DNA of 64,000 bases from an uncultured Aliivibrio sp. GTDB lineage: Bacteria; Pseudomonadota; Gammaproteobacteria; Enterobacterales; Vibrionaceae. Location: the NCBI RefSeq assembly GCF_946479765.1, contig NZ_CAMLHO010000018.1, positions 7,877 through 71,876 on the forward strand, given 5' to 3'. Below, piece by piece: positions 1 through 9,184 of the stretch. The translations under genes were made by a program, and so were the position numbers. Numbering within the stretch: position 1 is the stretch's first letter; each line of letters begins with the position of its first letter. The notes beneath the pieces were generated by a model that saw only the letters and a program-made list of their open reading frames with translations, made no database searches and was not told where the DNA came from.

Positions 1-705
1 AGAAGAGTTAGAGTTACCTGATGATTGAAAAACCGTTGCATCGGCAAACGCTTTATTCATCTCTTGCTCTGTTTTCTTCAGAGCTAGACCTGTGCTTGTT
101 TTGTACAGACGTTTACCATTAAAGCGATCAAGGGCGACTTCGATATCCGCAGCAATGATAACTAAATCAGCCTCTGCAATTTCTTGGTCAGTTAACTGAT
201 TTTTTGCACCCACAGAGCCACGAGTTTCTACTTTAATAATGTGGCCTTGGCGTTTGCCTTCTTCTTCTAACGCTTCAGCTGCCATGAAAGTATGTGCGAC
301 GCCTGTTGGACACGCGGTAATTGCAACAATTTTCTTAGGACCGGTTGCCTCAGTCGTTGCTACTGTCTCTGGCACAGTTACTTCAGAAGCAGTTAGTTCT
401 GTTGCCGTGTTTACTGCATTCTCTAACCATGCTTTTGTATCTGTTGTACAATCTGAAATTGATCCTTGATGTACTTTCTTACCGACAAAACGTGAAGTAT
501 CAATCGTGGTATTTGCGGCGATGATAATGGCATCTGCCGCATCAATCGCTTTTTGTGTTAGTACTTCAACAGGCAATACACTCGATTGACATTCAATCGT
601 CGCTGTCCAATTTAATTTCGCAGCGGCTTGTTCTAATAAACCCGCAGCAATAATGCTGTTTGCTACACCACTTGGGCAAGCTGTTACGATAGCTATATTT
701 TTCAT
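1..705 (-). CDS. fruA: PTS fructose-specific EIIB'BC component, N-terminal part (gene runs off the window start)
   Basis: Manual minus-strand translation from ATG at 705 gives MKNIAIVTACPSGVANS... and a second IIB repeat KKIVAITACPTGVAHTFMAAEALEEEG. It lies directly downstream of fruB-fruK in the canonical fruBKA order. Confidence 0.85.
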   Translation of the reverse strand, partial: MKNIAIVTACPSGVANSIIAAGLLEQAAAKLNWTATIECQSSVLPVEVLTQKAIDAADAIIIAANTTIDTSRFVGKKVHQGSISDCTTDTKAWLENAVNTATELTASEVTVPETVATTEATGPKKIVAITACPTGVAHTFMAAEALEEEGKRQGHIIKVETRGSVGAKNQLTDQEIAEADLVIIAADIEVALDRFNGKRLYKTSTGLALKKTEQEMNKAFADATVFQSSGNSNSS

Positions 706-734
706 AATCTGTCCTTAAACTAAGTCTAAACGCA

Positions 735-1718
735 TTACTGCACGTTTGTAGAAATAGGGTTGTGTAGGGTTACTTGTTTTTGTAATTCTTTTACGTCTTC
801 GACATTTGGTACGCCAACGCCAACCTGCGATACAGCTAAAGCAGATAAAGCGGTAGCAAAAGATAAGATTTGTAAACGATCCCAATCTTGCTGCATATGA
901 CCCCAGCAAAGACCCGCAACTAACGTATCACCAGCACCTACTGTACTTACTACATTCATTTTTGGTGGTTGCGAATACATCCATTCTGGTTGTGCTTGTT
1001 CGTTCTTTCCTAGCCACATTACGCCTTTTGAGCCTAATGAAACCACGATATTTTCAATGCCTTTTTGTGCAAGATCTTGAGCTGCTTGTTGGCACGCTTC
1101 TGGTGTATCCAACTCACGTCCCACAAATTCCGATAGCTCTTCATCGTTTGGTTTAATTAACCATGGGTGAGCCTCTAAACCTGCAGCCAATGCTGCACGA
1201 CTGCTATCAAATAGGACTTTTTTACCCATTTGATGCAGCTTTTCAATCCACTCAGCACACAGCTCAGGAGAAATACCTTTTGGTAAACTGCCTGCTAATA
1301 CGAAAAATTCATGTGTTTTAGCTAATTCAAATAAACGAACTTCAAACTCGGCAATCGCTTGTCCAGAGACATCAACACCCGGAAAGTTAATGTCACTCAC
1401 TCGGCCATCTTGCTCTACTAATTTCACATTAATGCGAGTAGCACCATCAACACGGATAAACTCATCGTTAGCGTTCATCTCTTCAAATAATTGACAGAAC
1501 AGCTCTTCATTATCACGACCTAAAAAACCAGTAACCGTAACCTCAGCACCTAAGTCAGATAATACTTTCGCAACATTAACGCCTTTACCTGCTGCATGAA
1601 GTGAGCCTTTACTAACTAAACTCACAGAGCCAACAGATAACGCATCTAAACTGCCCGTTAAATCTAAAGCCGGGTTTAGCGTGATAGTAACCACTTTGCT
1701 TTTTGGATTAATGCTCAT
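735..1718 (-). CDS. fruK: 1-phosphofructokinase (PfkB family)
   Basis: 327-aa ORF with the PfkB signature GAGDTLVAG near the C-terminus. It sits between fruB and fruA, with a 3-nt gap to the fruB stop. Confidence 0.9.
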   Translation of the reverse strand: MSINPKSKVVTITLNPALDLTGSLDALSVGSVSLVSKGSLHAAGKGVNVAKVLSDLGAEVTVTGFLGRDNEELFCQLFEEMNANDEFIRVDGATRINVKLVEQDGRVSDINFPGVDVSGQAIAEFEVRLFELAKTHEFFVLAGSLPKGISPELCAEWIEKLHQMGKKVLFDSSRAALAAGLEAHPWLIKPNDEELSEFVGRELDTPEACQQAAQDLAQKGIENIVVSLGSKGVMWLGKNEQAQPEWMYSQPPKMNVVSTVGAGDTLVAGLCWGHMQQDWDRLQILSFATALSALAVSQVGVGVPNVEDVKELQKQVTLHNPISTNVQ

Positions 1719-1721
1719 AAA

Positions 1722-2858
1722 TTAACCCTCACCTAAACCAGAAGCAATCGCAGCACCAATACCGGCTAGCGCTTCTTTTGCATCTGAACCGTCTGCTGTA
1801 AATTGCAGTTCGTGACCGTGTTTAACGCCCAATGCAATCACTTTCATCAAGCTCTTCGCATTCACTGATTTGCCATCACCATTTACATTTAACACTGTGA
1901 TTTTTGATTCGTATTTCTTCGCTTCTGCTACTAACATTGCACCAGGGCGAGCGTGTAGACCATGTGTATTTTTGATTTTAAAGGTTGCTGTATTATCTGC
2001 ATCAACATTTACTGGCACTTCTTCAGAAGAGCTTGAGAACATTGCTAATAATTGTTCTGACGTAGCAAATAAAATAGAGTCTTGTTGCTGCTCAGCGACA
2101 ACTTTAATAATTGTCGTTAAGAACGATTGGTGAGAGGCATTACAAGAGGCAATCGCTATCAAACCTTTAACAGAAGTACCATTATGCTCACAACCATTGG
2201 CAGTAGTGACAATAGACATACCAGAACGTTTAACGCCTTTGTCAGTACTTACTAACCATAAACCTTTGCCTAAATGCGTTGGCTCTTTCGTCACAATTTC
2301 TGCTACAAATTGGTTTTCTGCATTACCACTGTTTTTTAGTAAACCACTAGCAACCGCGCTCATTTGGATCATATCGCTTGCAGGAAAAAGCAATTGGATC
2401 AATGAGGCATCAAAATCGGCTTCAAACTGCACTTCACCATTAAGCAATGCAATGATGTCCGCTTCTGTTTTCGCTTGTTTTAGCTTCTCTTCTACACCAT
2501 CAGCAGACAGCACTTTAGTCAGTTGCTTTAAAATGCCTAAATGCTCATCTGATTTAGCTGCAATACCGATTGCTACATAAACAACATTGCCATCACCCCA
2601 GTTAACACCTTGAGGAAAATGGTGCACAGCAACGCCTGTGTTATTCACTAAGTCACGGGTATCTATTGTGCCGTGTGGAATTGCAATACCATTACCTAAA
2701 AACGTTGAGTTTTGTTGCTCACGGTTTAGCATTCCTTCTACGTATTTCTCTGCAACTAAACCTTTTTCTGTCAGTTGCTTTGCAATCGCTTTGATTGCTG
2801 TTGTCTTGTCTGTTGCTACTTGTTGCAGCGTAATGTCATTCTTTGTCAATGTCAGCAT
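1722..2858 (-). CDS. fruB: Fused PTS fructose EIIA / FPr (HPr-like) phosphocarrier protein
   Basis: N-terminal EIIA-Fru/Ntr-type domain (GNGIAIPHGT) and C-terminal HPr-like domain (HGLHARPGA). First gene of the fruBKA operon. Confidence 0.9.
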   Translation of the reverse strand: MLTLTKNDITLQQVATDKTTAIKAIAKQLTEKGLVAEKYVEGMLNREQQNSTFLGNGIAIPHGTIDTRDLVNNTGVAVHHFPQGVNWGDGNVVYVAIGIAAKSDEHLGILKQLTKVLSADGVEEKLKQAKTEADIIALLNGEVQFEADFDASLIQLLFPASDMIQMSAVASGLLKNSGNAENQFVAEIVTKEPTHLGKGLWLVSTDKGVKRSGMSIVTTANGCEHNGTSVKGLIAIASCNASHQSFLTTIIKVVAEQQQDSILFATSEQLLAMFSSSSEEVPVNVDADNTATFKIKNTHGLHARPGAMLVAEAKKYESKITVLNVNGDGKSVNAKSLMKVIALGVKHGHELQFTADGSDAKEALAGIGAAIASGLGEG

Positions 2859-2920
2859 GGGTCTTAGCCTCTCGCTCTGTATTTGTGATTTATGCTCTGC
2901 TGAACGATCGTTTAAGTGCA

Positions 2921-2936
2921 GCTTAATCGATTCAGC
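2921..2936. promoter_or_regulatory. Cra/FruR operator-like palindrome GCTTAATCGATTCAGC (a weaker half-site-like copy GCTGAACGATCGTTTA lies at 2899-2914)
   Basis: Near-perfect GCTGAA-N4-TTCAGC type palindrome in the fruB-cra intergenic region, about 65 bp upstream of the fruB start. Confidence 0.6.
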
Positions 2937-3189
2937 AAAACAGTTAAAAAAAGTTCAGCAAATGTTTTCTACTCAGTTATACCAATTCAAGTAAGTAAGT
3001 GGTTAGATAATTGCGCAGAGAAAATTGATTAGAGCAAGGCATAAATTGCAGTAACTAGTGGGCCTAATTACAAAATTTATAACGTAGTTATAATCAATTT
3101 TAACAAGCAAGAATGAACACATACTTATTTGGATTGGTATATCTCTCATAAAAAGTAAAAACAACGCGAATATCACGTTTTTTAAATTT

Positions 3190-3205
3190 GCTGAATCCTT
3201 TCAGC
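3190..3205. promoter_or_regulatory. Cra/FruR operator-like palindrome GCTGAATCCTTTCAGC
   Basis: Perfect outer half-sites GCTGAA/TTCAGC, located upstream of the cra start. Confidence 0.65.
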
Positions 3206-3211
3206 TTTTAT

Positions 3212-3227
3212 ACTGAAACGATTCAGC
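3212..3227. promoter_or_regulatory. Cra/FruR operator-like palindrome ACTGAAACGATTCAGC
   Basis: CTGAAACGATTCAG palindrome 7 bp downstream of the previous site, giving a tandem operator pair. Confidence 0.65.
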
Positions 3228-3300
3228 ATATAATTCAACCCATAAAATGATTGGATCTAAATTTATATGATCCGACCCACAGAATTTAAGGAACTTAACC

Positions 3301-4278
3301 ATGACATTAGATGAAGTTGCCAAACTTGCTGGCGTTTCTAAAACCACTGCAAGCTATGTTATTAATGGTAAAGCTCAAAAATATCGCATCAGTGAAAAAA
3401 CCCAATTAAAAGTCATGGCAGTGGTTGATGAACATAATTATCGTCCTGATCATGCTGCTTCAGCATTACGAGCTGGCAGCAGTCGTTCGTTTGGGTTAAT
3501 CATCCCTGATCTTGAAAACACCAGTTACGCCAAGCTTGCTAAACTTTTAGAATACAACTCTCGTCAAGCGGGCTATCAAATCTTAATTGGTTGTTCAGAC
3601 GATGATCCCGAAACAGAAAAGAATGTCGCGCACACATTAATCAGTCGCCGTATTGATGCCCTATTCGTTGCAAGTTGCTTACCTGATGGCAGTGATTACT
3701 ATTTAACAATTCAAGAAAAAGGGACGCCAATTATCGCGATTGACCGTTCATTAGATGATGAACATTTTGGCTGTGTAATTAGTGAAGATTTTGATGCGGC
3801 TTACGATCTGACTCAATCTGTCATTACAGATAACGTAAAATCGGTTGGTTTAATTGGGGCGTTACCTGATTTAAACATTTCTCGTCAGCGTCATTTAGGC
3901 TTTGAAGCGAAAGCCAAAGAAAAAGGTTTAGCAAGTATCACAGGCTATGGTGAGCACTTTAATAGTGAGTCTGGAAAAGCTATTTTTGAACAGTGGATAA
4001 AAGAAGAGACAGTGCCAGATGCAATTATCACTACTTCTTATATCCTGCTTGAAGGTATTTTAGATGTATTAATTGAAAAGCCAGAGTTGATGGGAACCGT
4101 AAAACTAGGCACCTTTGGTGATAATCGTCTGCTCGATTTTTTACCGATTAAGATTAACTCCCTACCACAACAGTTTGAATTAATTGCAGATAGCGCATTA
4201 GCATTAGGCTTAAATGCTTCAGCAAAACGCTATCAAGCAGGAATTGAGTTAATTCCTAGGAAGATTGTTATTCGCTGA
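3301..4278 (+). CDS. cra: Catabolite repressor/activator, fructose repressor (LacI/GalR family)
   Basis: N-terminal HTH MTLDEVAKLAGVSKTTASYVINGKA... followed by a periplasmic-binding-protein-like fold. It is divergent from fruBKA. Confidence 0.9.
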   Translation: MTLDEVAKLAGVSKTTASYVINGKAQKYRISEKTQLKVMAVVDEHNYRPDHAASALRAGSSRSFGLIIPDLENTSYAKLAKLLEYNSRQAGYQILIGCSDDDPETEKNVAHTLISRRIDALFVASCLPDGSDYYLTIQEKGTPIIAIDRSLDDEHFGCVISEDFDAAYDLTQSVITDNVKSVGLIGALPDLNISRQRHLGFEAKAKEKGLASITGYGEHFNSESGKAIFEQWIKEETVPDAIITTSYILLEGILDVLIEKPELMGTVKLGTFGDNRLLDFLPIKINSLPQQFELIADSALALGLNASAKRYQAGIELIPRKIVIR

Positions 4279-4407
4279 TCAAAAACACACAAGTTAACAT
4301 TTTGAAACATTCTCTTTGAAAATAAACCAAAACCTACCTTAGCTCACACTCTTCTTTTTATCAGTACAGTATAAATAATATATCGATACAAATAGCAAGG
4401 AGAGTAA

Positions 4408-5142
4408 GTGAGCGCCATTAAAGCCATGTTAATTGCCATGCTTGGAAGCTTTCGAGATCTCCTGCCTATTATTCTGGTCATCGCTTTCTTCCAACTCGTT
4501 GTATTACAAGAGCCCCTACCAAACCTTGGTTCTATTCTCTTTGGTTTGCTGCTTGTTGTGTTCGGTTTAACCTTCTTTATCTTCGGTCTAGAAATGGGCT
4601 TATTCCCTATTGGCGAGTCGATGGCACAAGCCTTTGCCAGAAAAGGCAGTGTGGCTTGGTTACTACTGTTCTCTTTTTGTTTGGGTTTTGGAACGACTAT
4701 TGCGGAACCTGCACTCACAGCGGTAGCGGCAGAGGCGGCTGAAGTCGCCGCCGAAGGAGGAATGATCCCACATACAGAAAATGATATGGATGATTATGCC
4801 AACGGGCTACGTTTGACCGTCGCACTCTCTGTTGGTTTTGCCATTGTGATTGGGGTGTTACGTATTTTAAAAGGTTGGCCAATCCATATCATGATCATCA
4901 GTGGTTATATTACCGTAGTCGCACTTACATGGTTCGCACCTGAGAACATCATCGGGATTGCTTATGACTCTGGTGGCGTGACGACATCTACCATTACCGT
5001 TCCCTTAGTTACCGCTCTTGGTGTCGGTCTTGCTTCTACCATTAAAGGGCGAAATCCTATGCTTGATGGTTTTGGTTTAATCGCCTTCGCCTCCCTCCTT
5101 CCGATGATTTTTGTCATGCTCTATGGGATGGTATTAGCATGA
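4408..5142 (+). CDS. DUF1538-family polytopic membrane protein (paralogue 1)
   Basis: GTG start preceded by AAGGAGAG. Hydrophobic multi-TM protein that shares long identical blocks with the next ORF (GESMA, TTIAEP, [28 protein letters not shown], [17 protein letters not shown]). Confidence 0.8.
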   Translation: MSAIKAMLIAMLGSFRDLLPIILVIAFFQLVVLQEPLPNLGSILFGLLLVVFGLTFFIFGLEMGLFPIGESMAQAFARKGSVAWLLLFSFCLGFGTTIAEPALTAVAAEAAEVAAEGGMIPHTENDMDDYANGLRLTVALSVGFAIVIGVLRILKGWPIHIMIISGYITVVALTWFAPENIIGIAYDSGGVTTSTITVPLVTALGVGLASTIKGRNPMLDGFGLIAFASLLPMIFVMLYGMVLA

Positions 5143-5933
5143 ACAGTCTAACTCTATTTTTTGAAACCTTCTTATCAACCATTCGTGATGTATTACCGAT
5201 TGTCGTTATTATTTTTGGTTTCCAATTTGCGGTATTAAAAAAACCAATAGCCAATTTACCTAAAGTCATTCTAGGGTTTTTCTACGTAATTTTAGGATTA
5301 TCCCTCTTTTTAATGGGATTAGAACTCGCGCTGTTTCCACTCGGTGAATCGATGGCAACCCAATTAACCGCGCCTGATTTTATCTATGAAGGGAAAGATC
5401 TATTAATCCAAACCTTTGACTGGGTCGATTACTATTGGGTCTATATTTTTGCGGCGGCGATTGGTTTTAGTACCACTATTGCTGAGCCTTCCCTCATTGC
5501 CGTTGCCATCAAAGCCAATGCGGTTTCTGGTGGCAGTATCAGTATTAATGGATTACGAATAGCCGTTGCTTTAGGTGTTGCCTTTGGTATCTCATTAGGA
5601 AGTTATCGTATCGTTGTTGGCGACCCAATCCATTATTACATCATGGTGGGTTATGTGATTGTTGTTATTCAAACCTTTTATGCCCCTAAAATGATCATCC
5701 CATTGGCGTACGATTCTGGCGGTGTAACAACCTCAACCGTCACCGTACCTTTAGTAACCGCACTTGGCTTAGGGCTTGCCTCTACGATCCCCGGCCGAAA
5801 CCCTATGATTGATGGCTTTGGATTGATCGCCTTCGCCAGTTTGTTTCCCATTATTTCAGTGATGGCTTATGCACAAATTAGTGCTTATAGAGCCAAAACA
5901 AAACCTAGATCCCAAGAAGACCGAATTAATTGA
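5139..5933 (+). CDS. DUF1538-family polytopic membrane protein (paralogue 2)
   Basis: ATGA start/stop overlap with the upstream paralogue and the same conserved blocks. Confidence 0.8.
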   Translation: MNSLTLFFETFLSTIRDVLPIVVIIFGFQFAVLKKPIANLPKVILGFFYVILGLSLFLMGLELALFPLGESMATQLTAPDFIYEGKDLLIQTFDWVDYYWVYIFAAAIGFSTTIAEPSLIAVAIKANAVSGGSISINGLRIAVALGVAFGISLGSYRIVVGDPIHYYIMVGYVIVVIQTFYAPKMIIPLAYDSGGVTTSTVTVPLVTALGLGLASTIPGRNPMIDGFGLIAFASLFPIISVMAYAQISAYRAKTKPRSQEDRIN

Positions 5934-5952
5934 TTAATTTAGGAGAAAGCCA

Positions 5953-6303
5953 ATGCGCTTTAAATTATTACTCGCTTTTGTAGAAGAAGCTAAAACCGAT
6001 GCGGTCCTCGATGCTGCGCGCAATGCCGGAGCAACAGGAGCGACCGTAATTAATCATGCTCGTGGTGAAGGACTGAATAAGAAGAAAACCTTTTTTGGCC
6101 TCACCCTTGAAGTCCAAAAAGATGTTTTATTGTTTGTGGTTGAAGAACATTTAGCTCGTTCTATTTTAGAAACGATTAACGAAATAGGAGAGTTTGATAC
6201 CGAATCAGGCCAAGGAATTGCAATTCAAATCGATATTGAAGACGCCGTCGGTGTTGCACATCAAGTTGAAACATTAACTAAAGTTGTCGAGGATAAATTA
6301 TGA
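5953..6303 (+). CDS. P-II (GlnB-like) family signal-transduction protein
   Basis: 116 aa. The pattern MRFKLLLAFVEE...ATGATVINHARGEGLNKKK(T-loop-like)...VLLFVVEE fits a P-II double beta-alpha-beta fold. Confidence 0.7.
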   Translation: MRFKLLLAFVEEAKTDAVLDAARNAGATGATVINHARGEGLNKKKTFFGLTLEVQKDVLLFVVEEHLARSILETINEIGEFDTESGQGIAIQIDIEDAVGVAHQVETLTKVVEDKL

Positions 6304-6686
6304 ACAAAGTTAAAGTCGAACACGTCATGTCTAATACCTACGTCATGGTTGATGGCTTAATGACCGTTGCCGAAGGCATTCAATTAGCGAAACAGAAACA
6401 AGTAAAAGCACTGATTGTAAAGAAACGCCATGATGATGACGAATACGGCATTGTATTAATGAATGATATTGCTAAAAAAGTGCTCGCTCAAAATCGTCCC
6501 ACAGAGCGTACCAATATCTATGAGATCATGACAAAACCCGCTCTGTCAGTCTCTCCTGATATGAGCGTAAAATACTGTGCACGATTATTTGAACGCTTTG
6601 GGATAAGTCGAGCACCCGTTATCAAGCACGGTGACGTTGTGGGAATGGTCAGTTACAACAATATTGTTTTGAATGGGATGATCTAA
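6300..6686 (+). CDS. CBS-domain pair protein
   Basis: 128 aa of typical tandem CBS length and pattern (ending ...ISRAPVIKHGDVVGMVSYNNIV). ATGA overlap with the P-II gene. Confidence 0.7.
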   Translation: MNKVKVEHVMSNTYVMVDGLMTVAEGIQLAKQKQVKALIVKKRHDDDEYGIVLMNDIAKKVLAQNRPTERTNIYEIMTKPALSVSPDMSVKYCARLFERFGISRAPVIKHGDVVGMVSYNNIVLNGMI

Positions 6687-6771
6687 TTCAACTAAATAGA
6701 CTTTGTGTTGCAATTTCATCAATGTGAACCACACTAATATGCAGGACCATAATAATGATAAAGGCAGCATA

Positions 6772-7251
6772 ATGACATTAGATACTTGGTTAATCTCGAT
6801 TTCTAATTGGTATGAAGCAAAGCAATATGACCAAATAGAAATGCTTGAAACACTCTTATACTCTGCGCCTAATTCTGTGTGGGGGCCAACATTGACTGAT
6901 GATCAAAGTAAAGCAATAGCCTGTTGGTTAGATAGCTGTTTAAGAGTGTTTGAGCACACCAAGTATCATAATACGAATAAAGCATACCAAACATTACAAT
7001 ACGCCAGCGCTAAGTTAGAAGTGGCCGCCTTTAATCCCGCAACGGATATTGATATTAAAGATTGGTGCTTAAAACGATTACAACACCTCACGGTACTCAG
7101 TCTGGAGTTTTGTAATCAGCAACAAGACCAATCCACATGGCATGAGAAAGCCCACTCATTAATTGAAATACACGTTAAATTAATGGCAAGTCTTTCTTGG
7201 AATGAATCGTTAAATAGCAATAATGCACCAAATTTAATGCCCCCCCATTAG
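6772..7251 (+). CDS. Hypothetical protein
   Basis: Long ORF. I prefer the internal ATG at 6772 (MTLDTW...) preceded by AAAGG over the ORF-track start at 6703. No recognisable motif. Confidence 0.45.
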   Translation: MTLDTWLISISNWYEAKQYDQIEMLETLLYSAPNSVWGPTLTDDQSKAIACWLDSCLRVFEHTKYHNTNKAYQTLQYASAKLEVAAFNPATDIDIKDWCLKRLQHLTVLSLEFCNQQQDQSTWHEKAHSLIEIHVKLMASLSWNESLNSNNAPNLMPPH

Positions 7252-7288
7252 ATGTATTACCTTATAAAACGACTGTTATAAAACCATA

Positions 7289-7340
7289 AAAAAAAGCAGT
7301 CGGTGCTAGATCGTAACAATAAGCCCCTACTGCTTTTCGT
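7289..7340. terminator. Probable bidirectional terminator
   Basis: AAAAGCAGT ... ACTGCTTTT stem flanked by A- and T-tracts, between convergent genes. Confidence 0.5.
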
Positions 7341-7371
7341 TTTAGACTAAACTCGCTCAATCTAGATAAAG

Positions 7372-8256
7372 CTATAACGCAAATTCCCATCTCTGTAATG
7401 GCGCTTTGATGTTTATCCCTGCTCTACCCCAACGATCAACCGCATCGACAACCAATACGCGATCCATTGGCAGCAATACTTGCATTTGTTTATTTGGTTT
7501 TTGAGTTGTGATTATCCAAACTGAATCGTCTTCTTTAAGTAATTCTTGTAGTTTTTTTTTGTCATCTTCAGTCCACTCAAGAGCAGGTTTTGTTAAACGG
7601 TCAACCACAAACAATTGATTGCCAGAGGCAAAGTCTTCTAACTGCTCAGACAACAAAATAACCGAGTCGATATCATTCTCTAAAATCACTTTTTGCTGCT
7701 GGTTGATTAATTGACGTACCGACAACATAAACTGCTCTTGGTTTTTTTGGATCTGCTCTGATTTATCAGGCCAAATACGTTGAAAATCATCACTCACAAT
7801 CGCGACCATTCTGATTAAATTTGTTGGGTTTAACCATGCGTATTTTGAGGTCGTTCCATCAGATAAACGTAACGCTGCCACACCTTGTGCGCGAGGAGTG
7901 ATTGCTTGAGAGGCATCGACTTCAACAATCTGAATATTGCTGTATCTTGCGTTCACATACAAAGGATCATCAGCCCATATCGCACCAATCGTAACAACCG
8001 CTTGGGCTGTTTTTGCTGAATCTTGAACGGTTTTCACCCCTTTATTGGCAAACCAATTGGGTAAACGCTCAATCCCATAACGATTTGGTGGTAAATATTC
8101 TGTCGTTAATGACGTCTCTTTTAATAGCTCGCTTGATAGCATATACGTCACAGGGGTTGCCGTTAATACATCTGCAGCCATTACTACTTTCATGTTAAAT
8201 AGAGATGCTGTACATACACTAACAACCGCTATCCATTTCATTAAATTCTGTTTCAT
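7372..8256 (-). CDS. Periplasmic ZnuA/TroA-like binding-protein paralogue lacking the usual metal-ligand histidines
   Basis: Signal peptide (MKQNLMKWIAVVSVCTASLF...AAD). SBP-like length and a YAWLNPTNL segment aligning to the NPH-W-L motif of cluster-A1 SBPs, but with T in place of H. Last gene of the ABC operon. Confidence 0.5.
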   Translation of the reverse strand: MKQNLMKWIAVVSVCTASLFNMKVVMAADVLTATPVTYMLSSELLKETSLTTEYLPPNRYGIERLPNWFANKGVKTVQDSAKTAQAVVTIGAIWADDPLYVNARYSNIQIVEVDASQAITPRAQGVAALRLSDGTTSKYAWLNPTNLIRMVAIVSDDFQRIWPDKSEQIQKNQEQFMLSVRQLINQQQKVILENDIDSVILLSEQLEDFASGNQLFVVDRLTKPALEWTEDDKKKLQELLKEDDSVWIITTQKPNKQMQVLLPMDRVLVVDAVDRWGRAGINIKAPLQRWEFAL

Positions 8257-8308
8257 TTCTTATCCTATCTATACCCATATTCTTCGATTATTATTGAGTT
8301 CTACTCTG

Positions 8309-9184
8309 TTAATTCTTACGAATAATTCGGTAGGTGGTCGCAAGTAAAAAGAAGAAAGCTGAAACAATAATAATTGCTGCCCCAGAAGGCACTGGCAGCT
8401 CTAATTCCATTGGTAATACGGTGCCAATCAAGCACGATATTGTCGCTAATAACGCAGACATCAAGACAAAACTACCCATGTTCTTAGTTAACAATCGAGC
8501 CGTCGCACCAGGTATGAGCAATAGTGCACCAACTAAAACCGCACCGACAATTTTTACCGATGCAATTGTTACAAGGGTAATCATCATGACAAATAAGTAG
8601 TCATAAAAATTGGTTTTGTAGCCACGAACTCTGGCAATATCAGGGCTAATACAAGTTAATAAAATACGATTAAACGTCGGAATTAATACCACCACAATCA
8701 ATAAGCAACTGCCTGCTAGAATCGCAATGTCTTGGTCCGTCACCGTTAAGATAGAACCAAACAATACGTTCTCTAGCATGTGAATATTAATTTTACGTGC
8801 TACGTACATCAGTAATGCTGCACCCACAGCCAATGCCAAGGCAAGGAACACCCCAACTAACGTATCGTAAGGCACATTGGTGCGGTTTCTCACAAAATGC
8901 AGTAACAAAGCAAAGATCATGCAGAAACTAAATAAGCCGATAATTGGATTCTCTGCGGGCTCTCCCAATAACACGCCTAACGCGATACCTGTTAAGGCGG
9001 CGTGACCAACGGCTTCAGAGAAAAAGGCCAAACGCTTTGCAATCACTAACGTCCCCAATCCACCTAACAATGGTCCTAAAAGGATAGCAGCAACAATAGC
9101 ATTAACCATAAATGCATATGAAAAACTGTCACTTAAAAAGCCTTGTTCGACGCCATATAACGCCCACTGACGAAACAGTTCCAT
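8309..9184 (-). CDS. Metal ABC transporter permease (ZnuB/TroCD-like)
   Basis: 291-aa polytopic membrane protein of the ABC-3 type, adjacent to the ATPase with a 1-nt overlap. Confidence 0.8.
   Translation of the reverse strand: MELFRQWALYGVEQGFLSDSFSYAFMVNAIVAAILLGPLLGGLGTLVIAKRLAFFSEAVGHAALTGIALGVLLGEPAENPIIGLFSFCMIFALLLHFVRNRTNVPYDTLVGVFLALALAVGAALLMYVARKINIHMLENVLFGSILTVTDQDIAILAGSCLLIVVVLIPTFNRILLTCISPDIARVRGYKTNFYDYLFVMMITLVTIASVKIVGAVLVGALLLIPGATARLLTKNMGSFVLMSALLATISCLIGTVLPMELELPVPSGAAIIIVSAFFFLLATTYRIIRKN

Noticed and set aside
6703-6771. N-terminal extension MCCNFINVNHTNMQDHNNDKGSI of the 6703-7251 ORF
   Set aside because: It overlaps the CBS-gene terminator-proximal region and has no SD. 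The internal ATG at 6772 has an AAAGG upstream and gives a more plausible N-terminus, although the start remains uncertain.
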